Part shown: piece by piece, positions 1 through 9,485 of the stretch
How positions within the stretch are numbered: position 1 is the first letter of the stretch
Layout of the letters: every line of letters starts with the position of its first letter
DNA from: an uncultured Anaerolineales bacterium
GTDB taxonomy: Bacteria; Chloroflexota; Anaerolineae; UBA7937
Assembly (NCBI GenBank): GCA_964383935.1
Contig: CAYLIE010000001.1
Coordinates: forward strand, 148,543 to 212,542
Direction: 5' to 3'
DNA: 64,000 bases
Made by a program: the position numbers and the translations under genes
The notes under the pieces: model-generated
The model's input: the letters and a program-made list of their open reading frames with translations, nothing else
Database searches by the model: none
What the model was told of the DNA's origin: nothing

Positions 1-9
1 GTCTTCAAT

Positions 10-396
10 GTGAACGCCAAAGGGACCTTCCTCTGCTGCAGAGAGGTCTTGCCCACTATGATCGATCAGAAGAGGGGTCGAATTATCAACATCTCGTCCG
101 ATGCGGGCAAGATCCCCTTCGCTGAGTGTAGTGCCTATTGTGCAGCGAAGGCAGCGGTCATAGCCTTCAGTCGTTGCTTGGCCCTAGAGATGTTGCCTCA
201 CAATATCGGGGTCCACGTAATCTGCCCCGGTTACGTAGATACCCCTTGGTACGATAATGATCCCACCGTCCCGGACCGTTCGAGGATGCTAAGGGTGGAA
301 GATATAGCCCAACTAGCCCTTTACCTGGCCTCTCTGCCGTCCAGGGTCTTAATTGACGAGATAATCATCCAACCCAGAGGCATGGCTATGGGATAA
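10..396 (+). CDS. Short-chain dehydrogenase/reductase (SDR) family oxidoreductase, C-terminal part; the 5-prime end lies outside the window
   Basis: The translation (NISSDAGKIPFAECSAYCAAKAAVIAFSRCLALE...ICPGYVDTP) carries the SDR catalytic YxxxK region and the PG motif. The ORF is open to the window start. Confidence 0.75.
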   Translation: MNAKGTFLCCREVLPTMIDQKRGRIINISSDAGKIPFAECSAYCAAKAAVIAFSRCLALEMLPHNIGVHVICPGYVDTPWYDNDPTVPDRSRMLRVEDIAQLALYLASLPSRVLIDEIIIQPRGMAMG

Positions 397-460
397 GCAA
401 CGGTGACTCTCCATATCTCTTTGCGGAAAGAGAATTCTGACAGTGAGGAGAAGAGACCTT

Positions 461-1753
461 ATGGCCAGAGAACTTAAGGTTTGCGTGATAGGGGGAGGTA
501 GCACTTATACACCGGAACTGATAGAAGGCTTTATCGAGAGGCAAGCGGAATTGGGGCTCGCCACAGTCACCTTGATGGATATAGACGAGGATAGATTGAG
601 CGTGGTGGGGGGGTTCGCTAAACGCATGATCAAGGCGACGGGTTCGCCCATCGACCTCGTTCTATCCACTGAGCGGAAAGAGGCGCTGGAGGGAGCAGAC
701 TATGTGATCAGTCAGATCCGTGTGGGAGGCAACGATCAGCGGGTGATAGATGAGAAGATTCCCTGGCGCTTCGGCATAGTGGGGCAAGAGACGACGGGCC
801 CCGGGGGCTTCGCCAAGGCTTTGCGCACTATCCCGGTCATGTTGAATATCGCAGCAGATATGGAGCACCTATGTCCCCAAGCATGGTTGATCAACTTCAC
901 GAACCCCTCTGGGTTGATCACAGAGGCTCTGGTCAAGCACAGCAAGGCACAGGTGATCGGACTCTGCAATCTACCTATCAACATGATCCACACCGTGGCT
1001 GGCCATCTGGGCGTTTCACCCCAAAGGATCACCCTCGACTATGTAGGGCTTAACCACCTGAGTTGGGTGAAGAGGGTCTATCTGGATGGCCGGGAGGTGA
1101 CTAAGGAAGTATTAGCCAAGGCCATCACAGAAGCGCGCCAGGCCGCGAAAGGTCATCCTATCTTTAGCCCAGAACTCCTGGAAGCGTTGGGCATGCTCCC
1201 TTGCTACTATCTGCGTTATTATTACCACCATGACGAGGTATTCGAGGAACAGAAGAGGGCGGGCAAGAGTCGCGGCGAAGAAGTGCAGGAGGTAGAGAAA
1301 AGGCTCTTGGCCATGTACGCCGACCCTCACCTTGTCAGCAAGCCTAAAGGACTGGAAAAGCGGGGAGGGGCTCTCTACTCCACAGCTGCGGTATCCCTTA
1401 TCGCGGCCATCGCCGGCAATAAGAACGAGGTGCACATAGTCAACTGCCAGAATAGAGGCGCCATAGCAGACTTGCCCGAGGGTTCTGTGGTTGAGGTGCC
1501 TTGTCTGATAGGAGCGGCGGGCGCGATCCCATTGACCGTTGGTTACCTGCCGGTTATGATCAGAGGGCTGATCCACTCTGTCAAAGCCTATGAAGAGCTA
1601 ACCATTGAGGCTGCGGTGACCGGGGGTCGCAAGATTGCTCTACAGGCACTATTGAACCACCCCTTGGTTCCCAGTTTTGGGGTGGCGAACGCCCTTTTGA
1701 ATGCTATTCTGGAAGCCAATAGGGACTACCTCCCCCAATTCTTCAGTAAGTAA
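461..1753 (+). CDS. Glycoside hydrolase family 4 (NAD/Mn-dependent 6-phospho-glycosidase, CelF/ChbF-like)
   Basis: N-terminus MARELKVCVIGGGSTYTPEL is typical of GH4. The ORF is 436 aa. The track start at 443 is GTG, and the ATG at 461 is preceded by GGAG. Confidence 0.75.
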   Translation: MARELKVCVIGGGSTYTPELIEGFIERQAELGLATVTLMDIDEDRLSVVGGFAKRMIKATGSPIDLVLSTERKEALEGADYVISQIRVGGNDQRVIDEKIPWRFGIVGQETTGPGGFAKALRTIPVMLNIAADMEHLCPQAWLINFTNPSGLITEALVKHSKAQVIGLCNLPINMIHTVAGHLGVSPQRITLDYVGLNHLSWVKRVYLDGREVTKEVLAKAITEARQAAKGHPIFSPELLEALGMLPCYYLRYYYHHDEVFEEQKRAGKSRGEEVQEVEKRLLAMYADPHLVSKPKGLEKRGGALYSTAAVSLIAAIAGNKNEVHIVNCQNRGAIADLPEGSVVEVPCLIGAAGAIPLTVGYLPVMIRGLIHSVKAYEELTIEAAVTGGRKIALQALLNHPLVPSFGVANALLNAILEANRDYLPQFFSK

Positions 1754-1803
1754 GGAGAGGTATAGTGAAATCGGTTCGCAGTTGAACCGTTTTTGGGGGT
1801 AGC

Positions 1804-2799
1804 ATGAACTATGTGTTAGGTGTAGACGGCGGGGCCTCTAAGACCCTTTGTCTGGTGGGGAGCGAGGATGGCAATATCCTAGGCTTTGGTCGTGGTGGGC
1901 CGAGCAACCATCAAGTGTGTGGCCTTGAGGCAGCGGTGGCCCAGATCGCCCATTCCGTTAAGGAGGCCCTTGCGCAGGCGCAGGCATCTCGTGAGGAGGT
2001 GCGACTAGGCATCTTCTGCCTGGCAGGTGCTGACTTACCCGAAGATTATGCTATGCTCAGCCAAGCGGTCGAGGATCTTGGAGTGTGCCCGAAGGTCGTA
2101 GTGAAGAATGATACTATGGCTGCCCTGCGCTGTGGGCTCTCGCGGCCCTGGGGCGTGGTAGTCGTCTGCGGGACGGGTACTAATGCGGCTGGCCGTGCTC
2201 CCGATGGGCGCGAGATCATTCTCCCTGGGTTAGGTTACATCTCCGGCGATTGGGGCGGAGGAGCCGGGATCAGTCAAGAGATCATACGCCGTGTCATGCG
2301 TGCTTGGGACGGTCGGGGTAAACCGACCGCCCTTCTGCAAATGGTCCTTGACTGTTTGGGTGTATCGTCTCCGGAGTTCTTGCTTCAAACGCTCTATCAC
2401 AACCAACTGGAGCAGCATCAACTCCTAGGGCTGGCGCCGCTCCTTTTCGAGGCAGCCTATATAGGGGATGAGGTAGCTTGCCAATTGGTTAAAGAAGTGG
2501 GAACGGAAGTAGGGGTTACAGCTCGAACCCTCATTCGCAGGCTGTCGTTGCAGGATAAAGATGTGGAGGTGGTTCTGGGAGGCAGCATCTTTAAGGCCAA
2601 GGGCCCACTTCTCATCGACACGGTAAAGGGGGTCGTCCATGAGGTAGCGCCTCGAGCCTCTATCGTATTGCCGAAGTTCGAGCCGGTGGTGGGGGCTCTG
2701 TTTCTGGCCCTGGAGACCGCAGGGGTGGAAGTCACAGGGACGGTCGGAGAGAACATCAGAACCACCTTGCCCCAGGAATTAGTCATCGAAAGGCGGTAG
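1804..2799 (+). CDS. BadF/BadG/BcrA/BcrD-type ATPase, N-acetylglucosamine kinase-like
   Basis: MNYVLGVDGGASKT at the N-terminus and a central VVVCGTGTNAAG match the ASKHA-fold GlcNAc kinase family. Confidence 0.65.
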   Translation: MNYVLGVDGGASKTLCLVGSEDGNILGFGRGGPSNHQVCGLEAAVAQIAHSVKEALAQAQASREEVRLGIFCLAGADLPEDYAMLSQAVEDLGVCPKVVVKNDTMAALRCGLSRPWGVVVVCGTGTNAAGRAPDGREIILPGLGYISGDWGGGAGISQEIIRRVMRAWDGRGKPTALLQMVLDCLGVSSPEFLLQTLYHNQLEQHQLLGLAPLLFEAAYIGDEVACQLVKEVGTEVGVTARTLIRRLSLQDKDVEVVLGGSIFKAKGPLLIDTVKGVVHEVAPRASIVLPKFEPVVGALFLALETAGVEVTGTVGENIRTTLPQELVIERR

Positions 2800-2808
2800 C
2801 GTGTCTAT

Positions 2809-3819
2809 ATGGATTGTGATTGTCCCCCTGTCGAAATCGTATGTCTTGGAGAGGCCCTAATCGATCTCATTTCCGTGGAAAAGGGCGTTTCCCTGGCTCA
2901 AGCCCGGACCTTTGAGAAAGCGCCAGGAGGTGCACCGGCCAACGTGGCCGTAGGATTGGCCCGGCTGGGGGTGCAGAGTGGCTTCATGGGCAAGGTAGGA
3001 GATGACGAGTTTGGACGATTCTTGGCCAGTACTTTGGCCGATAACGGCGTGGACATTTCGGCTTTGCTCTTTTCCCAGGAGACACGCACTGCCTTGGCCT
3101 TCGTCTCCTTGAAGCAAGGTGGCGAACGGGAGTTCATGTTTTATCGCCACCCCAGTGCGGATATGCTTATTCGCCCTGAGGAGATCGATAAGGACTACAT
3201 AAAAGGTGCCAAGGTCTTCCATTTTGGCTCCATCAGCCTTCTCAGCGAGCCTAGTCGTGGTGCGACTTTGGAGGCCCTGCGCTGCGCCCAGGAGCATGGC
3301 CTGTTCGTATCATACGACCCCAACCTACGGCTTTCCCTCTGGCCCTCTCCTGCTGAAGCGCGACAAGGGATAGAGTTAGGTTGGCATTTCGCCGACGTAG
3401 TCAAAATCAGCACAGAGGAGATGGAGTTCTTGGCTGGCACTTCAGATCTAGACCGCGGGACGGATCACCTATTGCGTTCGAAGTTGAAACTATTGGTTAT
3501 CTCCCGGGGCCGAGAGGGCTGCTATTTCGCCACAAAAGAGGAGCGTGGCTACGTTCCCGGATACCGGGTAGCCACCGTTGACACGACGGGGGCAGGTGAC
3601 GGCTTTGTAGCCGGCCTATTGGCCGGCTTACTAGAAATCGGGTTCCGAGTGGGTTCAAGGGAAGAGATCACTGATGTCCTTCGCCTAGCCAATGCCGTGG
3701 GGGCCCTCACCGTGACCAAGCGAGGAGCCATCCCTGCCTTGCCCACTAGAGATCAGGTATCGAAGTTCATCGGAGATCTGGACTTGGACAAAGCGAGAAC
3801 AAAAGCAGGAAAAGGGTGA
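2809..3819 (+). CDS. PfkB-family carbohydrate kinase (fructokinase/ketohexokinase-like)
   Basis: CLGEALIDL...GGAPANVAVGLARLG near the N-terminus and DTTGAGDGFVAG near the C-terminus are the two PfkB signatures. Confidence 0.75.
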   Translation: MDCDCPPVEIVCLGEALIDLISVEKGVSLAQARTFEKAPGGAPANVAVGLARLGVQSGFMGKVGDDEFGRFLASTLADNGVDISALLFSQETRTALAFVSLKQGGEREFMFYRHPSADMLIRPEEIDKDYIKGAKVFHFGSISLLSEPSRGATLEALRCAQEHGLFVSYDPNLRLSLWPSPAEARQGIELGWHFADVVKISTEEMEFLAGTSDLDRGTDHLLRSKLKLLVISRGREGCYFATKEERGYVPGYRVATVDTTGAGDGFVAGLLAGLLEIGFRVGSREEITDVLRLANAVGALTVTKRGAIPALPTRDQVSKFIGDLDLDKARTKAGKG

Positions 3820-3849
3820 TCTTTGGCCTTCGGCTGAGGAGTCCCCGCT

Positions 3850-4629
3850 ATGAAGATTGTCCCCGAGAGAAAACTGCAGGTGGAAGGCCTGCGCGTGGAA
3901 ATGTACGCCGATCGATGCCAGATGGGAGGAGCCGCCGCTTTTCGGGTAGCGACTCACATGGAGAGGCTCCTGCTTAACAAAGCGCAATTGTCAATGGTCT
4001 TTGCTGCCGCTCCATCGCAGAACGAATTCCTCTCCATCTTGTCTTCCTTGGATGGACTGGCGTGGGAGAGGGTGGTTGCCTTTCACATGGACGAATACGT
4101 TGGCCTGACGCCTGAGGCTCCGCAGAGCTTCAGGTGCTACCTGAAGGAACACCTATTGGCGAAAGTTCGGCCAGGCACTGTTCACCTCATCAGAGGTGAG
4201 GCAGCTGACCTGCTGGCTGAGTGCCAGCGCTACAGCGAGTTGCTGCAGAGATATCCTGTTGACATCGTGTGTGCTGGTATTGGCGAGAATGGACACTTGG
4301 CCTTCAATGATCCTGGTGTGGCAGACTTTGCTGATCGGGCCACTGTCAAAGTGGTAGAATTAGAAGAGCGATGTCGGGCCCAGCAAGTTCATGACGGCTG
4401 TTTTACCCACATAGAGTTGGTGCCAAGGAAAGCCATAACCCTGACACTTCCTGCCCTAATGGCAGCACAGACAATCTTCTGCATGGTGCCCGGGCCGAGA
4501 AAGGCTGAGGCTGTCAAAGCCACAGTCAGAGGATCAATCGAAACCAGTTGCCCAGCCACTATCCTCCGTCAGCATAATCAGGCTATTCTGTTCCTCGATC
4601 GCGATTCAGCACACTTAATCGAGGTCTAG
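3850..4629 (+). CDS. nagB: Glucosamine-6-phosphate deaminase/isomerase
   Basis: 259 aa. It has the NagB/6-phosphogluconolactonase-fold motifs MDEYVGL and GIGENGHLAFNDPG. Confidence 0.7.
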   Translation: MKIVPERKLQVEGLRVEMYADRCQMGGAAAFRVATHMERLLLNKAQLSMVFAAAPSQNEFLSILSSLDGLAWERVVAFHMDEYVGLTPEAPQSFRCYLKEHLLAKVRPGTVHLIRGEAADLLAECQRYSELLQRYPVDIVCAGIGENGHLAFNDPGVADFADRATVKVVELEERCRAQQVHDGCFTHIELVPRKAITLTLPALMAAQTIFCMVPGPRKAEAVKATVRGSIETSCPATILRQHNQAILFLDRDSAHLIEV

Positions 4630-4798
4630 CACCTACCTTCCGGTGTAGCCTTCGGCGTCCCAACGGGTCAGGATGCTCTGATTGTCTTGCGTGGAAAGAG
4701 GGAACCGTGCCAGGGACGGTGTCGGAGATGAAGGCTACTTTGAGACAGGCAAAGTCCACAAGAGAAGGTTCGTATTTTGGCTTGTGCGGGGCCCCTGG

Positions 4799-5596
4799 AT
4801 GGAAGCATCTGAACTTCCGATCATCACGAGGAGCAGACTTGTAGACGACCTGCACAAACTCGGTGTGCTGCCTGGTCAGGTGATCATGCTACACGCCTCC
4901 GTGAGAGCCATCGGATGGATTGTCGGTGGGCCTGACACTGTCATTCAGGCCCTGCTCGATCTTCTGACCCCTGAAGGAACGCTCATGATGTATATAGGCT
5001 GGGAAGACTCTCCATACGAGTTGGCCCAGTGGTCGGAAGAGAGGCAACGGGCCTATTTGGAGGAGTGTGCCCCCTTTGATCCAGCCAGATCTCGGGCCTA
5101 TCGAAAGTGGAGTATCCTAACGGAATACCTTCGCACCTGGCCAGGCGCGTGTCGGAGCGATCATCCCGATGCTTCTTTCGCGGCGGTAGGAGGGAATCAT
5201 CCTTTGCAATACGGGTACGGTCCTGGCTCGCCCTTGGCTAAACTCTGCGAGATAGGTGGCCAGGCGCTTCTCCTAGGCGCACCACTGAACACTATCACCT
5301 TGTTACATTACGCTGAGCATCTGGCTAGGGTGCCCAATAAGCGAGTGGTGCGTTATAAGATGCCAATCTTACGCGATGGCCAACGTGTGTGGGTTGAGAT
5401 AGAAGAATTTGACACCAATCAAGGCATCGGGGGTCGTGACGCAGGGGAGTGCTTCGAGATAATCGCACGTGAGTATCTATCGTCTGGCAAAGGGCGCTCC
5501 GGGAAAGCCGGTGCAGCCCAATCATATCTCTTTGATGCTGCTGATCTTTCTAAGTTCGCCATAGAGTGGATGGAACGCGCGTTTGGAAAGGGGTAA
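4799..5596 (+). CDS. AAC(3)-family (Antibiotic_NAT fold) N-acetyltransferase
   Basis: From the internal Met, MEASELPIITRSRLVDDLHKLGVLPGQVIMLHASVRAIGWIVGGPDTVIQALLDLLTPEGTL and the later SDHPDASFAAVG ... LLLGAPLNTITLLHYAEH match the aminoglycoside 3-N-acetyltransferase family. The upstream 39 codons of the track ORF look non-coding. Confidence 0.65.
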   Translation: MEASELPIITRSRLVDDLHKLGVLPGQVIMLHASVRAIGWIVGGPDTVIQALLDLLTPEGTLMMYIGWEDSPYELAQWSEERQRAYLEECAPFDPARSRAYRKWSILTEYLRTWPGACRSDHPDASFAAVGGNHPLQYGYGPGSPLAKLCEIGGQALLLGAPLNTITLLHYAEHLARVPNKRVVRYKMPILRDGQRVWVEIEEFDTNQGIGGRDAGECFEIIAREYLSSGKGRSGKAGAAQSYLFDAADLSKFAIEWMERAFGKG

Positions 5597-6908
5597 GATA
5601 AAAGGTGTCCCTTGGATGATTCCATTATTGAAAGCACCTCACATATGCGTTGATGCCGACCCCGACACCAGATCGAGGAGTTTCCCAAGCAGGGGAGATT
5701 CGTGGGCAATGCTTTTCAATGACGGTGTGCAAGAGCGCGGTCCGAACATTTATTCCCTTACGGCTATTGTGCCCGAGCCATGACTCTCGAGGGCTTGCCT
5801 TGTGCTGCCCGGCCTGGGCATCAGGAACTACCTATTGACAGGCTCACCTCAATGGCAAAGGGTATGCAGATTTTTGGTTCCCCTTGTCGTGGGATCGACG
5901 ATTGTATCTCTGCCAACCGGCGGATCAAGTCTAACCATGTGAGCTCTATTATGGCAGATAATCGCATATCTCTGTCTTGAACTCAAGAAATCGCAGGACG
6001 GCAGGGTGGTCTTGGCACGCCATCAGGAGACGATCATTTCGTGGGACACATTCGTCCTTTCCTCACATTGTGAAACAGGAGCCACTTTTGGCTCCTGTTT
6101 GTGCGGGTTGGTTGTTGGCAGTCCTCCGGCCACGTGGTAGACTGACCTAGATTGTGAAGGTCAAACGCCTATCGTTTTTAGGCTGGTTCGGTGTTCACCG
6201 GGCGAATCTTGTCATTAATACCGCGCCAGCGTACTACTAGAAAGGTGATCCCAAGCACAGCTCCAGCTCGAAAGTCGCACCATCTTTTCGGGCAATGTCC
6301 CCCCAATCAGAGGAGGTGAAAAGCCCCCTCCATCCTCTTTGAGTGGGGGCTTTTGAATTACCGCGAAAATTAGGAGTAGGGTAGCCCCACCTCCGCCTGC
6401 GATTCCCCGGTGAACGATTTACCGTTCATCATCGGGTATGCTCCAGATGCCTGCAGGGCCATTCTTAGAACTTCAATCCTGGGAGCTATGCTCCAACACA
6501 GAAATATCCAAGCTATAGGGGGGCTGCCGCCTATGATGAATGTGTTGGACCAGATAGCCACTTCCATTCTTGCCGGAGGGGCCCATTCTCTATCACCTAA
6601 CATAGTACCATGTAAGAGGCTACACGGGAGGCCCCCCTCTTCACAGTGGTGGGCGGGTGTGATCGGGGCTAGTGAGATGTTGGGCATCATAGTGAAGAGA
6701 GCATAGCAAGTGGGAGGGCCTAGTGGCTTTCCATCGAGAGGGTTTCGACCGCACTCTGAATCTGGGACCGCGCGGTTTTCTTGACATCGTTCACTATGCG
6801 AGTATAGTAGAGACGGCGGCAGGCTCTCACGTTTGCACACCAATACGCGTAGAGAACCTTGCCGCCAGGGGCTGGGCCACCACCCAGCCCCAGACTCATA
6901 TTATCCCA

Positions 6909-6939
6909 TGAAAAAACGGCCCACTCAAGGCCGTTTTGA
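6909..6939 (-). terminator. Rho-independent terminator downstream of tRNA-Leu
   Basis: On the minus strand a stem AAAACGGCC/GGCCGTTTT with a 7-nt loop is followed by a run of six T. Confidence 0.5.
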
Positions 6940-6951
6940 GGCAGTTATCTA

Positions 6952-7034
6952 TGCCCCCGACTGGACTCGAACCAGCACGCCCTTGCGGGCACAGGCCCTC
7001 AACCTGCCGTGTATTCCAATTCCACCACGGGGGC
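6952..7034 (-). tRNA. tRNA-Leu, anticodon GAG, long variable arm, CCA not encoded
   Basis: The reverse complement reads GCCCCCGTGGTGGAATTGGAATACACGGCAGGTTGAGGGCCTGTGCCCGCAAGGGCGTGCTGGTTCGAGTCCAGTCGGGGGCA. It has a 7-bp acceptor stem, a D arm, the anticodon loop TTGAGGG, a long variable arm and a T arm GGTTCGAGTCC. Confidence 0.8.
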
Positions 7035-7042
7035 ACATTATC

Positions 7043-7072
7043 ATTATACACCCCCGATCTCGATTTTGTCAA
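7043..7072 (-). promoter_or_regulatory. Sigma70-like promoter for tRNA-Leu: TTGACA, 18-nt spacer, TATAAT
   Basis: The minus strand reads TTGACAAAATCGAGATCGGGGGTGTATAATGATAATGTG immediately upstream of the tRNA 5-prime end. Confidence 0.4.
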
Positions 7073-7195
7073 TAGTGCTTCTTAGCTAACTTCGCCCTTG
7101 GAGGGGTGAGGGGCCATTCGCTATTTAACTTTTGGGCAGGAAAGGGGTAATTAAATATCGGATGGTGATAGAGGTTCTTACCTTGCCGTTTTAAA

Positions 7196-7438
7196 GTGGA
7201 GGTGAGAGGTAGGGAGAGGGTTATCGGGGAGTTCAAGATCGTAGAGACAGAGGATGGCTACCGCATCGAGATCAAAGGCGACAAGGAGAAGATGAAGGAG
7301 ATGCTTTCTGGTCTCCGGGGGCGCAAAGGCCGAAGCCGCCACTTTCATCCTTTCGGCTTCGGCCTTGGTCGGGGCTTCTGGGGTGAGATGGGTCCCTGGT
7401 GTTGCTGGTGGGAGGAGGAGAAAGAGGGCTCAGAGTAG
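7196..7438 (+). CDS. Small hypothetical protein (80 aa, Lys/Glu-rich N-terminus, Gly/Trp-rich C-terminus)
   Basis: A GTG-initiated ORF with the purine-rich stretch GGAGGTGAGAGG just upstream. No family recognised. Confidence 0.3.
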   Translation: MEVRGRERVIGEFKIVETEDGYRIEIKGDKEKMKEMLSGLRGRKGRSRHFHPFGFGLGRGFWGEMGPWCCWWEEEKEGSE

Positions 7439-7457
7439 TGCTGAGGTGGCAATCTAG

Positions 7458-7490
7458 AAAAGGGGAGCAGTCTTATCACTGCTCCCCTTC
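7458..7490. terminator. Bidirectional intrinsic terminator between convergent genes
   Basis: An 11-bp stem AGGGGAGCAGT/ACTGCTCCCCT with loop CTTATC. A TTTT tract follows on the minus-strand reading; the plus-strand tail is weaker. Confidence 0.5.
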
Positions 7491-7520
7491 ATCCTCCTTA
7501 GCCAGTGAGGCCCCAGGGGC

Positions 7521-9485
7521 CTATGGCAGGGCCAGGAGATCCAAGTTGTCGAAGGCGCAGTGCGCGCCTGTCTCCTCAAAGGGGCCGCACCCGAAGCCGA
7601 TATAGCCAGACCCATACTCACCCACGAGACTGGTGAGCACCGACTGGCCGTTGACGTAGGCGGTGAGGCTACCGTTTTCCACGATGAGCCGGATATGGTT
7701 AGTGGCGTTGCCCTGGATGATAGCCTCAGAGGGGGTGAACTCCTGACTCCACTCCCATGCTCCCTCCACGTATCGTCCCAAAGACACATAGCCATCGCCG
7801 GAGATGGCGAACTCATAGAGGTTATTGACGTCTTGCACCCCGAAGACGACGGCGATCTCGTTGTTATCGGTGCCCTCCACTTGGGTGGCATCCACATCCA
7901 GATCGAAGTTGCTAAATACCGCCACTGTGCTTGCCCCCAAGACGAAACTATCCACCCCTTCTCCTTGGTAGATGGAAACCAAGTGATAGGCACCATCTTG
8001 GACGTAAATGGAGTATACGCCTTCCTCTTCGCCCTCGAACCAGCCATTTCTGTTGTCATCGAAGGCGTCTATGAGACGCTGAGCCTGAGGAGTAGGGCCT
8101 GCCTCAGCGCCTAGGATGGTGAAAGTGCCACTTTGCACCAGTTGCCCTTCCACATAGAGTTGTACCTCGTATGTGCCAGGCGTATATCCCCCTTCCGGTT
8201 CCCAATACCACCAACCGTTCCCCTCTGCCTGGGCCCAGGTTTCAGTGGCCTCATTGAGGGTCTGACCCCCCACCTGCCAAACCATGCGCACCGCCTTGTC
8301 TTTCATCCCGCTGTACTGCCAGCAGGTATAAACTCGAGGGGTGCCGGAGGGGAAGGTATTTGTCGGGTTGATGCAATTATCGTTTTCATCCACTGCTTCT
8401 GCGAAAGTGAAGGGAGTGATGGTAGGGCCTACCTCACTGATCACACTCAACTTCTCTCCCCAAACCTCTCCTTTCAGGACCTTGGTCCCTCGCATCACTT
8501 CCACGGCGACGGGGTTGCCCTCGGGATTCGTCTTGAGAACATCGCAGACATCGGCCATGGTGTAGAGGTTGATCCCCTTCATCGTTATGAGCACGTCGCC
8601 GGCCTCAATACCCGCCTTGGTCGCCGGGCTGTTGTCGGACACGCCGTATATGAAGAGTCCCTCTTCCACCGGCAGATCGAAATACCAGGCCACGTCTGCA
8701 TTGTTAGTTATGGCGTTGGTCCCGATCCAGAGCACGTTTTCCCCCGATGCCAGCCTCTCGATGATAGGCTTGGCGTGACTGGAAGCGATAGCGAAGTTGA
8801 GCCCTGAAACCGGCCTTCCTGAGCGAGTGTAATCCATTCCCAGGGTGTTGATCCCTATCACCTCGCCCCGCATGTTGACCAGGGGGCCTCCGCTGTTTCC
8901 GGGGTTGATGTCTGTATCCGTCTGGACCAAGTCTTCGAGTTCAGCGAATTCATCCCACTGAGCGTGGATTTTGCTCACCACGCCTCGGTTGATGGTGAGG
9001 TCGGCACCCAACTCAGAGGCCAGGGGGTAGCCAAGGGCTATCACCTCCTCGCCCAGCGTCAACTCGTCGCTCTCACCTAGTGTGGCGGTAACATAACCCT
9101 CTCCGGAGATATCTATCACCGCCAGATCCTCACAGGTACTGAGGCCCACGAGCCGGGCGGATAGCCAGCGGTTGATGCCCTGTACGTAAGCCTTCACGAT
9201 CGCTGCCCCTTCCACAACGTGGGCGTTGGTCACCGTCAGGCCGCTCTCATCGTATATGATCCCCGTCCCCGTGTAGGCACCATCTGGGAATTCGGCGTAG
9301 ATCAAAACCGTAGATGGCGTGAGAGCCTCTACGATACCCGCCACGGTGATGGGAGTGAGCATCGGTTCTGGGGTCGGGGAAGCGGGTATCGGCGTGTCGG
9401 TGGGAGGTGGGGTAGCGGTTCCCCCTCCACAGCCCGCGACACCCATAGCCACCAGGATGACTGCCAAGAAGAGTACTCTTTTCAT
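7521..9485 (-). CDS. Lipoprotein trypsin-like serine protease (S1C, HtrA/DegP-like) with PDZ domain and a roughly 300-aa Trp/Gly-rich C-terminal extension
   Basis: Signal peptide with lipobox MKRVLFLAVILVAMGVAGC. Catalytic motifs TNAHVV, DLAVI and GNSGGPL. PDZ-like IYGVSDNSPATKAGIEAGDVLI. Confidence 0.8.
   Translation of the reverse strand: MKRVLFLAVILVAMGVAGCGGGTATPPPTDTPIPASPTPEPMLTPITVAGIVEALTPSTVLIYAEFPDGAYTGTGIIYDESGLTVTNAHVVEGAAIVKAYVQGINRWLSARLVGLSTCEDLAVIDISGEGYVTATLGESDELTLGEEVIALGYPLASELGADLTINRGVVSKIHAQWDEFAELEDLVQTDTDINPGNSGGPLVNMRGEVIGINTLGMDYTRSGRPVSGLNFAIASSHAKPIIERLASGENVLWIGTNAITNNADVAWYFDLPVEEGLFIYGVSDNSPATKAGIEAGDVLITMKGINLYTMADVCDVLKTNPEGNPVAVEVMRGTKVLKGEVWGEKLSVISEVGPTITPFTFAEAVDENDNCINPTNTFPSGTPRVYTCWQYSGMKDKAVRMVWQVGGQTLNEATETWAQAEGNGWWYWEPEGGYTPGTYEVQLYVEGQLVQSGTFTILGAEAGPTPQAQRLIDAFDDNRNGWFEGEEEGVYSIYVQDGAYHLVSIYQGEGVDSFVLGASTVAVFSNFDLDVDATQVEGTDNNEIAVVFGVQDVNNLYEFAISGDGYVSLGRYVEGAWEWSQEFTPSEAIIQGNATNHIRLIVENGSLTAYVNGQSVLTSLVGEYGSGYIGFGCGPFEETGAHCAFDNLDLLALP

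Noticed and set aside
4583-4855. A 90-aa minus-strand ORF spanning the nagB and aac(3) junction
   Set aside because: It is antisense to two supported genes and their intergenic spacer, with no motifs and no RBS.
6370-6843. A 157-aa minus-strand ORF and the overlapping plus-strand ORFs 6410-6706 and 6723-6911 in the tract next to tRNA-Leu
   Set aside because: The translations look random (Cys/Trp/His-rich, no motifs), the ORFs overlap one another in a lower-GC non-coding region, and none has a plausible RBS. The region is treated as non-coding, with the caveats noted in the findings.
5600-6950. A candidate structured RNA (RNase P RNA, tmRNA or SRP RNA) in the 1.35-kb gap
   Set aside because: I looked for the universally conserved cores: GGAAAGTCCGGGCTCC and ACAGAACCCGGCTTA for RNase P, the tmRNA tRNA-like 3-prime end, and AGGTCCGGAAGGAAGCAGC for SRP. 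None matched on either strand. An unknown ncRNA cannot be excluded.
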